63,125 bases of DNA, filler included, from Chrysochromulina tobinii (GCA_001275005.1; 11 parts of 11 records of this genome joined end to end with filler, not necessarily neighbours in it), one strand, 5' to 3'. Numbered from the whole stretch's first letter, positions 9,323 to 21,982 are shown. Program-made: numbers and translations. Notes: a model not told the origin generated them from the sequence alone.

Positions 9323-10050
9323 ATGGGCTGGTTCGGTCCCTCCAAGACCGAGAAATTGTATAAGGCCGCACAGGACGGCGACGAGGCGGAGCTCACGCGG
9401 CTGATCGAGCGTGGAGGGAACGTCAACTGGCACAATCCTGATGATGTGCGCCGCCGCATGTGCCTCGCGTGGGCGCCCGCGTCCTCGCCGCCTCTGGTGC
9501 TTTCGCCGCCGCGCTCGCCCGAGACGGCGTCATCTCCCCAGAGCTCGCTGTACCGCGCGCGGCCGCGCAGCCGCCGAGCTTGGCACACGCGTCCTCGTCG
9601 CATGGCGCGCGCCGCACCCCCGCGTGCTCGCCCACGCTCCTCGCGTGCTCTGGCACTCGATGACGCCGCGTGTGCTGCATTTGCCACAGAGCGGACGGAC
9701 AGCTTTGATATGTGCCTCCATCTACGGGCGCGAAGGGTGCGTCCGCCTCCTCCTCGAGGCCAAGGCCATCGAGGTCAATGCCAAGGTAAGCCTCGAGCAT
9801 GCCCTCCCCCAGCACATGCGATGGATCCGCTTCCATGTACTCATTCCGCTTGGCCTCTCGTTTGTCTTTAGAGCAACACCGGTTGGACAGCATTGCATTG
9901 GGCGGCATGCCACGGCTACCTCGCGATCGCCAAGCGCCTTCTCGAAGGGGGCGCCGATCCGACGCTTCGAACCAAGGGCGGCGAGACGGCCATCGACATC
10001 GCACGGGAGCGTGGCAAGAGCGAGGTCGTGGCGCTCCTCAGCGAGCCTCG
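9323..10050 (+). CDS. Ankyrin-repeat protein, spliced (exons 9323-9445, 9690-9785, 9872-10050), 3'-partial
   Basis: Phase-0 GT-AG joins give KLYKAAQDGD..GRTALICASIYG..GWTALHWAACHG..GETAIDIA. Confidence 0.85.
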
Positions 10051-10146
10051 GTACGCCGCGCGCGCATGCACACTGATTGCCCATCGCTGCCGAGCGGATG
10101 TGCAGAGGCGCCGTCTTGGGCGCACGCGGACCACGGGTTTTCGGCC

Positions 10147-10246
10147 NNNNNNNNNNNNNNNNNNNNNNNNNNNNNNNNNNNNNNNNNNNNTTAATTAATT
10201 AANNNNNNNNNNNNNNNNNNNNNNNNNNNNNNNNNNNNNNNNNNNN
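10147..10246. other. Artificial contig linker; also at 15420-15519, 28653-28752, 30895-30994, 32547-32646, 36938-37037, 49082-49181, 51089-51188, 54411-54510, 56827-56926
   Basis: Identical N44-TTAATTAATTAA-N44 blocks with stops in all frames. Confidence 0.98.
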
Positions 10247-10560
10247 GGAGGCGGTGGAGGCGGCCGCGGAGGGGGAGGTGGCGGAGGTGGAGGTGGTGGA
10301 GGTGGAGGTGGAGGCCGAGGGGGCGGCGGCAGAGTGGGAGGCAGCGGAGACCGAGGCAGCGGGGACAGAGGGGGAGGCAGCAGAGGCCGAGTCGGAGGCG
10401 ATGTCGGAGGCGATGTCGGAGGCGATGGCCGAGGCGGTGGCGGAGGCCGAGGCGGCGGCGGCGGCGGAGGCCGAGGGGGCGGAGACGGCCGCAGCGGAGA
10501 CCGCCACGGCGGTCGAGGAGGAGGAGGAGACGGGCAGCGGGCACGACGGCCGCGGCTACA
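10247..10560 (-). repeat. Low-complexity Pro/Ser-Pro-type tract (possible fragment of a Pro-rich protein)
   Basis: GGA/GGC-rich tract that translates to SPPP-like runs on the minus strand. Confidence 0.4.
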
Positions 10561-12962
10561 GCCGCAGATTACATCACCCTTGTGCCTCCAGAGGCACAAG
10601 ACACGCCGAGTGCCCCCGACAGGTCACAGCATGCATGTACTCGATACGGCGCGTTTGCGCTTCCAGAGGCCTGCGACACGCCGAGTGCTCCGGGCAGCTC
10701 ATGCTCTTCACAGCAGCTATTCCTCACCGCCTGTGAAACGCCGAGTGCTTCGCTGGCGCGCGTGCCTTTGGTGGTGCGGTCGGGCGATAAGGTGGCGGCA
10801 GGGGCCAAAGGGCGCCGCTTGCAATGCTCGCTGGATGAGGTGGCTTTTGGTGTTGCGACCGTTACGACCGTTACGACCGTTGCGACCGTTGCGACCGTTA
10901 CGAACGAGCCACTGGACCCACCGCGCGCCGCGCCCACTACGGAGCCCGCCGCGGGGATGAGAGCCATCGACGCCCGCTACGACGCGCCCCCTTCGGACTT
11001 CGCGGCAGGGGTGCTGGCGGCGTTAGCCCAGCTTCCTGTTCACACTGCACCCCTGCCTGTTCACACTGCTCTTCCTGTTCACACTGCCCAAGCGGCGTTA
11101 GCCCGGCTTCCTTTCCCGCTGCTGCCGCACTTAAGTGATCCTGAGGGCAGCTGCCTAATTAGGACAGCCCCATTCCCTGAGGGCAGCTGCAGCAGCAGTG
11201 CCAGATCACTCCACCAGGTTGAGACAGCCGCCGTCGCGGAGACGGCTACGTCCACAGTCGCCGCTGCGCACACGGATGGCGTTGTCGGGCAGACGTTGGT
11301 GCATCGGACGGCGGCATCTCCGGCGCGTCAGACTCTACATGTCGTGGCATGGGCGGGCTTTGGTGCGGTGTACACTGTGGAGGTGCCCGGGACGGCGCGT
11401 CGCTTGGTGCCTGCTGCTAAGGGGGTGCAGGACGAGTTGCTGCGACGGCTCTGGTGGCGGCGGCTATGGGACATCATGTGCCAAGGCTCTGGTGACATTC
11501 CCTATTAGGCCACCGAGGGCTGGTGCCGATTCTATGTCTTCAGACATCTTGATGCCTGTGGCTGTGCGCTTGCTGTATGCTGACGTGAGCCTGAGGCTCT
11601 TCACGCCAAACGAATCTCGCATGGAAATAGAAAAGGGGGGTTATATAACAGTTATGAGTAACGATGTTAATGCATGAATTATGCATGGAATTATGTCGAT
11701 CTGGTGGTAAGTGTCTTAGCACGTATTTTTTCATGGAAAAAAACCCACACATGAATGGCATGTTATCACGATGACGCGTCTGGATGCACTTTTACGCTTC
11801 GCACTTCTTACCGACTGCACGTCGACGCCCGCCCCATCTCGTATTTGTACATGTACATGCGCTGGACGTGTTGCACGCCGGCGTGAAACGAGATCCGACA
11901 AACTTTTCGAACTCCCGCAATGCGGGACCCCACTCGACTTTTTCTCGCGGCCACGCCGCGTTCAGATGCGTGAGTAATATTGAACGGAAGGTGAGCGTCC
12001 CGGACCTTGACGACTCATCCTTCGCCCCACTCTTCTGCACAACGCCTTCAGCTGCCTCGCATGCACCGTATCCTCGAAGTCCTGTGGCAACACGGCGGCC
12101 TCGCTATAAACTCTTTCCAGAGTGGCCGCAGTGGAGTGCTTGCTGCCTTCTCAATCTCTCACACTCTTGCCCTGTAAGCACCCCTCATGTACACTAATCA
12201 TCGCCCATGTGCAACCGTGTGCTCACCCGAACTGTGCAGGTACCATCGCGACTTAAAACCCCTCATGGCACACACGCTGTCGCGTGAGCTTCGAAACGAG
12301 GCTCCTATCGGCGGACAAAGCTTGCGCCACCGGCTGGATAAGGTGCGGCAGCTCCTTGTCCACCATGATTGACATAGTCCAGCCGTCGCCGGCCGCGGGC
12401 CGTGGCTGGCACGTGCTGCACACCACCACCACATGCGGAGCCATTTCTGCCGCACGAAGATGGCTCCGCACCCGCCGCCCACGCCTCACCCCATCCCCGT
12501 GCTCCCGGACAGGTTCTGACGCATTGGTAGGCATCCTCGTGGTGGACAAGGAGGAGCCCAGCAGCAAGCGCGGGCACGGCGACGCGTGCGCGAGCGCTGG
12601 CGGCGTGTGGACGGCGACGCTCTCTAGCCGGCCCTTGAGAGAGGGCCGCGCGTCAGCCGTGAGGGTCCGCCGTGGGCGTTTGGGACCGGTCAAACGAGTA
12701 CTGTACCGACCTCGTACATGCTTGGGCCGGAGGTACACGCATCAGTTACGTGTGTAGGCTTTACTATTGACCCGCATTGCACTCATTTGTCGGAAAGCGA
12801 CGCGCTTGGTTTCACCCTGGCGTGCAACACGTCCAAGCTCAAGCGCGAGGCATCTCCGGCCGGCGCACCTGCTCTTGCCCACCTGCTCTTGCCGAGACCC
12901 GGAGACGCGCAGCTGTTCCTGTGTGAAATTGGTAGTTTGACTACTGTAAGTTTGTGACGTCA

Positions 12963-13013
12963 TGCTCAACCCGGACTTAGTAAGTCCGGGTTGAGCAAAG
13001 TCCGGGTCGAGCA
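12963..13013. repeat. Perfect 17-bp palindrome with a 1-nt centre, plus a third direct copy of the arm
   Basis: tgctcaacccggactta-g-taagtccgggttgagca followed by aagtccgggtcgagca. Confidence 0.85.
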
Positions 13014-13311
13014 AATCTTTTTCCGCGTAGCTGGCTGTGAATTTGCTGTTAACACTCGGCCCCTCGTGTGGTCAATTGGTGGTGTAAGTGAACCGTCTTT
13101 CGCGCTTTGGCTAAGGGGCCGAAGGCAACCGCTGGCTAGAGCTGTACTTTGGACCTCACACTAGAGACTACCATACTATATAGGGGGCGGCGCCGATGTG
13201 CCACCAGGTCCGCGCGTCTCCCAGCCTGACCCCGGATTGTACGCACGCAATTATACTATTAACTGTTGGATAGCTGTAGAACCGGGGTAACTGACTGCCT
13301 GCTTGATGACC

Positions 13312-15419
13312 TCACGCAGGAACGATTTTGACCTTCTTGGTCCTCGCGGCGGTCCCGTAGCCATACCTCCACCTGTATAGGAGGCATATGCAAGGCAAGG
13401 CTAGGCAAAGGCAAGGCAACATGATGCAAGGCCACCTGCGTTGGGTACAGGGCTTAGCGTGCTTGGTGTGCCTCCTGTACAAGAAATAGACCACGAAGCA
13501 CATCGCCAGTGAAAACACGATCGCGCCTACGACAGAAACGCCAATGATGGGGATGAGGTCATCGGGGGCCTCGCCGCCGCTCCTCGTAGGCGGAGGCGGG
13601 CCGGCAGGTGGTGGGGCTGGGCTGATGCTCCTGTACACAACGACAGCCCGAGCCACAGGTGGGTTCGTCACAAAGGCGCGGGTGACGCCGCGGCCGCTGA
13701 GCGCCGCCTGCAGCGAGTCTACAGTCGCACCCGCGCCGTTGATGGCGGCCGCCGCCGCCTGAGCGGCAGCCTCCGAGGCAACGGCCCGCTCCATGCGCAA
13801 GGTGAGCAGCTGCCCCGTTTGGAGCTGTCGTCCCGCAACGTGGAGGCGTCGGCCGCTGGTGGGCACCTCGGGGCCTAAGGAGACCTCAGCGAGGCCAAAG
13901 TCCGTCACCGTCACGTCGTTGACTGCCATCCGAATAGGGTCGAGCTGGCTGGCGAGATCGGGGAGCCGCCCCCATAAGCCCACCTCCACCGCGATCAGGT
14001 GCATGTTGGCATCGATGGGCGGCGGCGGCGGCGGCGGCGGTGAGGGATGTGGCGGCACGGCGAGCGCGTATACGCAGAGTGTGCGGGCGTTGACTGTGGC
14101 GACCGGGTTATAGGTGGTCGCGCGCGGGTTCATGCACCCGACGACCCTCGGGACACAAATGGCGACGAGCTGCACGGTGGCATGCGCGTCATAGTTCGCC
14201 GCGCTGGAGTCCATGCAGCCGTCGATGGCCGGCACACAGCCGGAGAGCACGTTGGCGCTCGCATTGTAGTTGAGCATGCCCACACGGAGTGTGCAGCCGG
14301 GTGCGCCGTGCATCAAGCACGCCGCCGCGTCATGCTGCGTGGCGAGCGAGTTGTAGTTGAGCGCGTTCGGATCCATACAGCCGAGGGTCTCGTACCGGCA
14401 GAAGGCTGACTCCCGCGCGAGCGGATCGTAGTTGACCGCGCCCGGGAATAAGCAGCCAGGCAAGTAGTGCGCAGGCTGGGCGCACATCTGAGGCACGTGT
14501 ACGTCGGCGCTTTGAAGGAACTTGGTGTCCGACGGGATCATGCAGCCGGCGATGGGCCCTCGGTTTGCGGCGATGACTGTGCCCGTGGCCCCTCCGTTGG
14601 TGTTCGGCGTGCCGGGAGGGCACGGCACAACACTGTCGACCGTCGAGATGACGGGAGATTCTCGGTAGTATGAGGTGGTGGAGATGGCGTGGCCGCACTC
14701 GAGCGTGCGTGCGGCGGAGACGTAGCAGAAGCCGCGGCCGCCCTTGCAAGAGGACCCGGTCCGATGCACGGCCGCATCGCACCTGCCGAGCGTTTCGCAC
14801 ATCGTGATGCCCACGAGCTGCGGGTGCAGTGCAAACGAGGGCAGCTCAAGCATGAACGTACCAACGAGGCCCGCGCTAGCCAAGGGCTCGCCGATGGCGT
14901 ATGCCGAGTCGAACATGATGTTCGCCGCATCGTGCTTGTCGTCGGGACGGGCGAGCGTCGTCTCGTCCACACCGTCGGAGCCGATCACAAGCTCGGACGC
15001 TCCTGCGGGTGCATCAGCGACGATGCTGCTCAGCCCCCCGGCGCCGTGCACAAAGGTTGGCACGCTGCGCGACACGTCCGAGGCAAACAAGCAGATGCGC
15101 GAGCAATTCTCTCCTCTGGGCGGTGGTGGGGGCCAGGGCGGCGGTGGCGAGGGCGAGGGCGGCGGCGGCGAGGGTGGAGGTGGCGAGGGCGGCGGTGATG
15201 GCGGCTGCACGGGAGCGTTGTGTTGAGCGTCCGGACCGTGCCAAGGAGGCGGCGAGGCCCCTGGCGGCGGTGACGGAGGCGGAGAGGGTGGAGGCAAGGG
15301 CCGTGGAGGCGGAGGTGGCGAGGGTGGTGGCGGCGAGGGAGGTGGGGGCGAGGGTGGTGGCGGCGAGGGCGGCGGCGAGGGTAGCGGCCTCCTCGGTGGC
15401 AAGGGTGGTGACGGCGGGG
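13312..15419 (-). CDS. Type I membrane/cell-surface protein with SPPP tracts and Cys-rich GCxDxxAxNY repeats, 5'-partial
   Basis: GCMDPNALNYN, GCMDSSAANYD and GCMNPRATTYN repeats; TM LIPIIGVSVVGAIVFSLAMCFVVYFLY; C-terminus KKVKIVPA. Confidence 0.8.
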
Positions 15420-15761
15420 NNNNNNNNNNNNNNNNNNNNNNNNNNNNNNNNNNNNNNNNNNNNTTAATTAATTAANNNNNNNNNNNNNNNNNNNNNNNNN
15501 NNNNNNNNNNNNNNNNNNNTGGCGCGCGGTGGCCATTGGTGACTGCGCGAGCGGATCTGCGCGAGATGTGGATGCGAGAGGATCTGCACGCTGGCTAGAT
15601 CTGAAAGGTCGTCGTCAGGCATCGCGACGACAGGCGCCGAGACCAGGAGGAGCCGAGGACCCAGGCGAGACACCAGGAACCAGCGGACCCCCATCGCGAG
15701 TGGCGATTTCCCCACAGCAAAAAACGTGCGGGGTGGCGGACGATGCTGGCTTCTGAAGTAG

Positions 15762-17479
15762 ATGTCGACGCTAGTCTGCGGCCTGCGACCAACCGTTATA
15801 GTCTGCGTCGCGTGCGCCAGTTCGTTCTCGGTGCTCCTCGGATACGACATTGGCATCATGTCTAGCGCAAAGCGCCTCATCGCCGACGATTTTTCGCTGG
15901 ATGAGGGTCAGGTATCGGTGCTCGTGGGGATCTTGAACATCGTGTCAGGCTTGGGCGGCGCACTTTCGGGCCGTCTCGCCGACTCGATGGGACGGCGCCC
16001 GACGGCGGCTTGCGCGTGCATCATCACGCTCGGAGGAGCCCTGCTCATGTCGATGGCGCCAGGCTACGGGGCCTTGCTTGCCGGGCGCACAATCACCGGG
16101 GTCGGGGTCGGCTTCTGCTTCCACGTGGCGCCGCTCTACCTCGCCGAGATCTCACCCAAGGGCATCCGCGGCAAGCTCACCTCCTTCTTCGACCTGTTCA
16201 TCAATGTGGGCATTCTCTTAGGCTTCATCGTCGGGTGGGCTCTGACGCCCGCGGGCGGTCCGAGCATGGAAGTGCACCAGCGCGCGATCTCGGCGTGGCG
16301 CGTGATGCTTGGGCTGGGCGCGCTGCCGCCGCTGCTCATCCTCCTCTCGCTCGGCTGGCTGCCCGAGAGTCCGCGCTTCCTCGTCGCCTCTGGCCGCGAC
16401 GCTGAGGCGCGCGCCGTGCTTCATCGGATCTATGCGGCGGACGAGGCGGAGCAGCTGATCGCATCGCTGGGGGAGGAGCGACGCCAAACGAAGCCGCTCT
16501 CGCTCTGTGCTGGGCTGCGCCGCGTCTTCCTGCCAGCGCGCGGCGCGCCAAGGGCGATGATCCTTGCTGGCATGGGCTGCGCCTTCTTCCAGCAAGCGAC
16601 GGGCGTGGAGGCGGCCGTGTACTACACTCCCGAGACTCTCGAAGCGGCGGGGATCCATGACGAGAACATGCTGCAGCTGGCCACCGTGGGCGTGGGCGTC
16701 GTTAAGGTGGCTTTCATTGTGCTCGCCGCCTGCCTCATCGAGCGGGTCGGCCGAGTGCGCCTGCTCCTCGTGTCCACAGCCCTCATCGGGTTTGCACAGC
16801 TGCTGCTCGGACTCTCTTTCTCGATTGGCACCCGACAGGTGGGCCTCTGATGGCCTCTGATGGCCTCTGACGGCCTCCGACGGCCTCTGATGGCCTCTGA
16901 TGGCCTCTGATGGCCTCTGATGGCCTCTGATGGCCTCTGATGGCCTCTGACGGCCTCTGATGGCCTCTGATGGCCTCTGATGGCCTCTGACGACCTTCAA
17001 TGGCCTCTGATGGCACTCGCCAGGTGGGTCTGGCACTGACGGGTCAGCTGCTCTTCATGGCAGCCTTCTCTATTGGGGCGGGCCCGTGCTCGATGCTCGT
17101 CGCGTCCGAGCTCTTCCCGCTCCAGGTACGCGGCTTTGCTCTCGGGGTGGCGACCCTGCTCAACCGCACCACCTCGGGCACCGTCGCCATCTCTTTCCTG
17201 TCCCTCTCGCGCGCGCTCACGCCCGCAGGCGCGTATTTCCTCTTTGTGGGCCTCGCGGCGGTCGCGTTCGCTTTCATTCGCACGCTCGTGCCTGAGACCC
17301 AGGGCAAGAGCCTCGAGGAGATCGAGCGCGAGATGTCCGAGCGCTACACGGTCACCACCACCTTGCTCGGCGCGGGCAGGCGCAGCTCGTGCACGGAGCT
17401 CGCGTTGGCCGGCGGCAACGCGGAGATAGACGCTCCTGGGAGCAGGGGAGACGCAGATCATCACCATGATCGTGTATAG
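15762..17479 (+). CDS. MFS sugar porter family (polyol/inositol-type) transporter; intron 16839-17023
   Basis: LLGYDIGIMS, GRLADSMGRR, PLYLAEISP, PESPRFL, FFQQATG, SELFP, VPETQGKSLEEI. A phase-0 intron joins the two ORFs. Confidence 0.93.
16839..17023 (+). repeat. Intron filled with a TGGCCTCTGA 10-mer tandem repeat
   Basis: About 17 units between CAG|GTGGG and CAG|GTGGG. Confidence 0.9.
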
Positions 17480-17726
17480 GACGCGGCTCGTGTCATTTGA
17501 ATGCACCTCAAAAGGGAATACCTCAAAAGGGAACACCTCCAAAACTTATGATGATACGCCTTGTCCCCGTGTCCCGTGTGTGTCCCGGCTCCACACACCG
17601 GTGAGCCGCAGCCAGGCTTGAGAGTGGCTTGAGCAGAGTCTATTTTTACCGGTACGCCTTTCGGGTCTCTCGGCTTTCCGACGCGACCCCCTGTGCTGGG
17701 GAGCTTGAGCGCCGAGTTACGTAACG

Positions 17727-19349
17727 ATGCAGGCCCTCTCGGCGCAGGTGAGCCGCATGGAGGCCGAACTGGCGACGCTCAAGCAGGTGCTTGCTCAGAA
17801 GCAGCAAGAGCGCAAGATGCAAAAGTCCGCTGCGGCCACCATGTCGAGCTCTTCCCGCCTCTCAGATGCCGCAGGCTCAAAGCTCGCCACCACGGCTTCG
17901 ACGACGAGCGATGAGCGCGCATATCTCGCGTCAAAGCACGGCCGTTATAGCACGGGTGGCATTGGTCGGCGGCAGGGCTGTCCACTGCTCAATGAGTTGG
18001 CCGTGCCTCCGGAGAGCGAGCCGCTCTCTGACGTGGCCGAGTGGGAGCCGCGGGACAGAGAGCCGCTGGCGAAGAGCTCAAATTTCTACATGTACGTGCC
18101 GCCGCTGCAGACCGAGGCCGACCAGCATGCGCTGCGTCACGTGCTGCGCGCCAATCAGTTCCCTTCGGACCCGGCCGCTTGCAATCGGACTCTGGTGCTC
18201 GCGGACGACGCGATCACGGCAGGGCTCGGTTACTCGGCGCGGTTGATCGCCCTTGCGCTGCTGGTGGCTGTGCAGGAGCGACGCGTGCTCGTGATGCCCG
18301 AGCACCACACGCGCCGCTGGTGCGCGCGGCCACCCTACACGCTCGGCTGCTACTACGAGCCGATCACACACTGCCGAGCACCCGTCTTCGGTGTGAACGG
18401 CACCTTCCGTGGCCCCGGTGGACTGCCCATGCATCTACCCAAGTGGTCGACACGCGGCTCGTCGATGGGGTTGGCGCACCGGCGGTCGAACGCTACGGCC
18501 GCGCACGTGCGCATCGGTACCGCCCAGGTACATAAGTCCACGTTCTGGTACAAATTCCACCCGCCGATCGCCCTCTTTGGCGCCACGCACGAGTTACTCT
18601 TCCGGCCGCGCCCGTGGGTGCTTGAGGCAGCGCGGTGCGTGATGGACCACGCCGGGCTGCGAGGCGGCAACTTTGCGGTAGTGCACGCGCGCTTCTCAGT
18701 CGAGAAGAAGAAGGAGCGCGGCGCGTCGCTGCCCCCGTTAAGTGCGTACCTGCCACTGACTCGAAGCGTGCTGGCGAGGGCGAACGCCTCGCGCGTCTTT
18801 TTGCAGACGTCCACGCCCACAGCCGTGGAGCTCTTCGAGCGTTGGAGTGCGGAGCATGCATGGCGGCTGAGCTATACGGAGAATCCGCGCTCGACGCACG
18901 ACATCTGGGTGGCGGGCTCTGGTCGGCGCAGTAATCACTCGGGAGAACGCACCTCTGTGGTGGCGCAGGCGGTCAACGCGTTCATCGCCTCAGAGTCTCG
19001 CCACTTTATCTCGCCGGCATCGTCCATGTGGACATGGTTTGTTCGCGCGCTGATGGCGCGCCGCGTGAGCGATGCCTTCCAGGACTCGGGGGGCGAGATG
19101 TTCGAGTCTTGCGTGGCCGCGCTCGAGGCAGCGCTCGAGGCGGGACACCAGGATGGACACCAGGATGGCGGCGGCGGCGGCGGAGGAGGAGGAGGAGGAG
19201 GCGGTGGCGGCGGCGGAGGAGGAGGCGGTGGCGGCGCCGGCGGCGAGGGCGGCCACAACGGCCACAACGTGACGCTACAGGAGAAGAAGCGATGCAAGAA
19301 GGCCATCCCGAAGCTCATCGACATCCACCGCACGCCGCGCAGTAAGTAA
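17727..19349 (+). CDS. GT23 / alpha-1,6-fucosyltransferase (FUT8/NodZ)-like glycosyltransferase
   Basis: AGLGYS..ALLVAVQERRVLV, CYYEPITHC, VVHARF..KKKE, VFLQT; poly-Gly tail. Confidence 0.65.
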   Translation: MQALSAQVSRMEAELATLKQVLAQKQQERKMQKSAAATMSSSSRLSDAAGSKLATTASTTSDERAYLASKHGRYSTGGIGRRQGCPLLNELAVPPESEPLSDVAEWEPRDREPLAKSSNFYMYVPPLQTEADQHALRHVLRANQFPSDPAACNRTLVLADDAITAGLGYSARLIALALLVAVQERRVLVMPEHHTRRWCARPPYTLGCYYEPITHCRAPVFGVNGTFRGPGGLPMHLPKWSTRGSSMGLAHRRSNATAAHVRIGTAQVHKSTFWYKFHPPIALFGATHELLFRPRPWVLEAARCVMDHAGLRGGNFAVVHARFSVEKKKERGASLPPLSAYLPLTRSVLARANASRVFLQTSTPTAVELFERWSAEHAWRLSYTENPRSTHDIWVAGSGRRSNHSGERTSVVAQAVNAFIASESRHFISPASSMWTWFVRALMARRVSDAFQDSGGEMFESCVAALEAALEAGHQDGHQDGGGGGGGGGGGGGGGGGGGGGGGAGGEGGHNGHNVTLQEKKRCKKAIPKLIDIHRTPRSK

Positions 19350-19749
19350 AGAAGTAAAACACGGCTGACGGCAGCGCACACATCGCGAGGAGGGTACTAT
19401 ACCCAGGATACAAAGCGTGCGTGGAGCGTGGAACGTGGTCACCGCGCGCCGAGAGGCGAGTTGGCGGTCGTGGGGGCGGCCTGCGCTCGTGAGATGGTGA
19501 ATGACCCATCAGTATCAGCGCGTTTGGCTTTAGCCTTTACGTTAGGAAATTCAAGGTCAGTTAACAGTACGCGGCGTGTGCTGCATTTGATTGCGCCCTC
19601 TTGCAGCCAATGTCCACGATTGTGGTTTGTGCGGTATGTGTAATCTAAACTCGCTGAACGCGCCTATCAATCCTGTTAAAATCGCTGGCACGTTCTTGAC
19701 AGTGAGCGAACTCAAAAAAATTGCACATTGACGAACCCGGGGTGCATCG

Positions 19750-21151
19750 ATGTCCGTCCAGCGAAGAAATCCATGCCCTCGTAGCCGCATGACCTCACTG
19801 CGGGCGGCCACCATCATGGATGACGACCTGCTCGCACTCATTCTTGAGCACGTCATCGTGCGCCGCCTGTCCAAGACTGCTGCCGTGTGCAAGGCCTGGC
19901 GTGAAAGGTCAATACAAGTCTTCCGCGCGTGGAGGTGCGCGCCGAGCCTGTACCTCGTCGGAGGCTGCGGCGATGGCGCGCACCCCGCATGCGCACAGGC
20001 GCGCCAAACGGTGCTGCGGTACGATGTTCGCGGCGACGACTGGGTTCAGTGCGCAGGGCTGCACAAGGCGCGCGATCACCACGCCCTGGTCAGCTGCAAT
20101 GGCAAGCTCTACGCGCTCGGCGGATGGAGCGGCGCTCGAAACCGCTCGTCGTGCGAACGCTACTGCCCGGTAAAGGACGAGTGGACGCTGCTCTCGCGCC
20201 AGCGACTGCGTATCGCGCGATCGGGCCACGGCGCGGCCGTGAGCGATGGTCACATCTTCGCGCTCGCGGGATGGGGCGGCCCGCACGCTGGGTTCCTCGC
20301 TAGCATCGAATGCATCCGTGTGGCGGAGGCAGGCAGCAGCGGCAGCGGCAGCGGGAGTAGCAGCGATGCATCTTCGTCAGGCAGCACCACCAGCTGCACC
20401 CTCACCAGCGGCTTCGTGAGCGACAGCGGCGACGCGCCGCCGTGTGTCGCTCTACCCGGCTGGACGATGGCCGCGGCGCCGCTGCACCTGGCACGCCATT
20501 GCCCGGCGACCGCCACGCTGGGCCATTATCTGTACGTCGTAGGCGGCTCGGGGACCGATCCAGAGGACGCGAGCCAAGGCGCGCAGCCGACGGCTTCCGT
20601 CGAACGCCTCGACACGAGGGCGCTGTGTGCGGGCTGGCGGCAGGACATTGCGGCGATGCAGGTGCCCCCTGCCGTCTAATTGCCTCCTCATGATCTCTGA
20701 TTGCCTCCCTCATCAGTTGCCGCCGCCCGACTCGCACCACCCCATTCCTGGCCCTTTAAGCCCCACCTTCACCCCGCCTACCGCTCCCCTTACCCACCCC
20801 GCCCATTACGGCGCCATTTCATACCGTTAGGTGCCGCGCTACCGTCACGCAATGGCGATCCTCGGAGGTCAGCTTTTCGCGACAGGTGGCCAGACGCCGG
20901 ATGGGCGCGCGACCGCATCCGTCGAGCGCTACGATCCAGTCAGTGAGACGTGGCACTACGTCACGCCCATGCGCCGTCCGCGCTTCTCGCACGCGTGCGC
21001 AGCCCACGGCGGCAAGCTCTATGTCGTCGGAGGCTTCGCCGGCGGCGAGTGGCTCACAGCCACCGAACGGTATGATCCGAAGACGGGCCAGTGGGAGAGC
21101 CTGCACGACCTCGCCGTGGCCGCCTCGGCGCCGGGGCTCGCCGAATGCTAG
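19750..21151 (+). CDS. F-box/kelch-repeat protein; intron 20662-20830
   Basis: F-box-like DDLLALILEH..AAVCKAWR; kelch blades LYLVGG, LYALGG, IFALAG, LYVVGG, LFATGG, LYVVGG with ERYDP..W. Confidence 0.88.
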
Positions 21152-21560
21152 CATTCGATTTCGACCTCCGGAGGTCGACGCATGCGCGCGCCAGGCGCCG
21201 CGAGGCGGGTCGCGGGTCGACGAATAGGCAATAGCCCGGCCACATGCCGCGATCGATATCCAATCATACCGATATCCGGCACGCTCCTAGGCACGCGGCA
21301 GCTAGTAGAATCATTTAGCACAAATTAGCACAGCGTGACTCAAGCAGCTATGTTCCAGGCCACGTGTGACACTTAACGTTTCGAGGTAGTTAAATGCAGA
21401 GACTTTGCACACAAGACAGCGTGCGTGTGCGCATAGACGATACTAGACGCGGCTCGGGCACTATTACCATGGGATACTTTAAGGTGTGGGCGGGGACTGG
21501 GTTTCCACGTCTGACTCTACGTTTCCTCGCGTGCGTGCGGCCTAGAGTGCGGCGCAGCAC

Positions 21561-21982
21561 TCATCGATCCTTGCAAAAGGCTTTGCCCATCGCATTGAGC
21601 TGTTGCTCGAAGATCGCCGCCTCATACGCAAGGAACTCCTTCATCCGGGTTTTGCGCTCGATGAGCAGCACCGCTTGCGCCTGCTGCATCTCCTGCGAAA
21701 TCGTCTTGATCTCCTGCAGCTGCTTCTGGGTGATGTCTGTCCGCATCTTTGAGGTGGCCCACTCGGCCGCGAGCATCGCGTGCGACCGCTCCTTCATCCC
21801 CTCGATGCGGTCGCTCAGCGTCTGCGGGCAAAGGGCAGTGGGCAAAGAGTGAGCATGGTCGTTGTTGCCCTTCGGCAGGATCCCGCCGAGGCTCATCGCG
21901 CGGTGGTAAATTCGCGAGGGCTGTGATATCGCACCTGCTCCATCTCAACCCGCCGCCGCACATTCAACGGCGCAACACTCAT
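21561..21982 (-). CDS. CFAP141: Cilia- and flagella-associated protein 141-like (102 aa; exons 21982-21935 and 21821-21561)
   Basis: Spliced product MSVAPLNVRRRVEMEQ|TLSDRIE...EAAIFEQQLNAMGKAFCKDR resembles CFAP141/C1orf189 in size and C-terminus (recalled similarity). Confidence 0.7.

Noticed and set aside
10582..12760. ORFs 10582..11508 and 12253..12738
   Set aside because: No recognisable domains, mosaic of short repeats; cannot be supported as genes.
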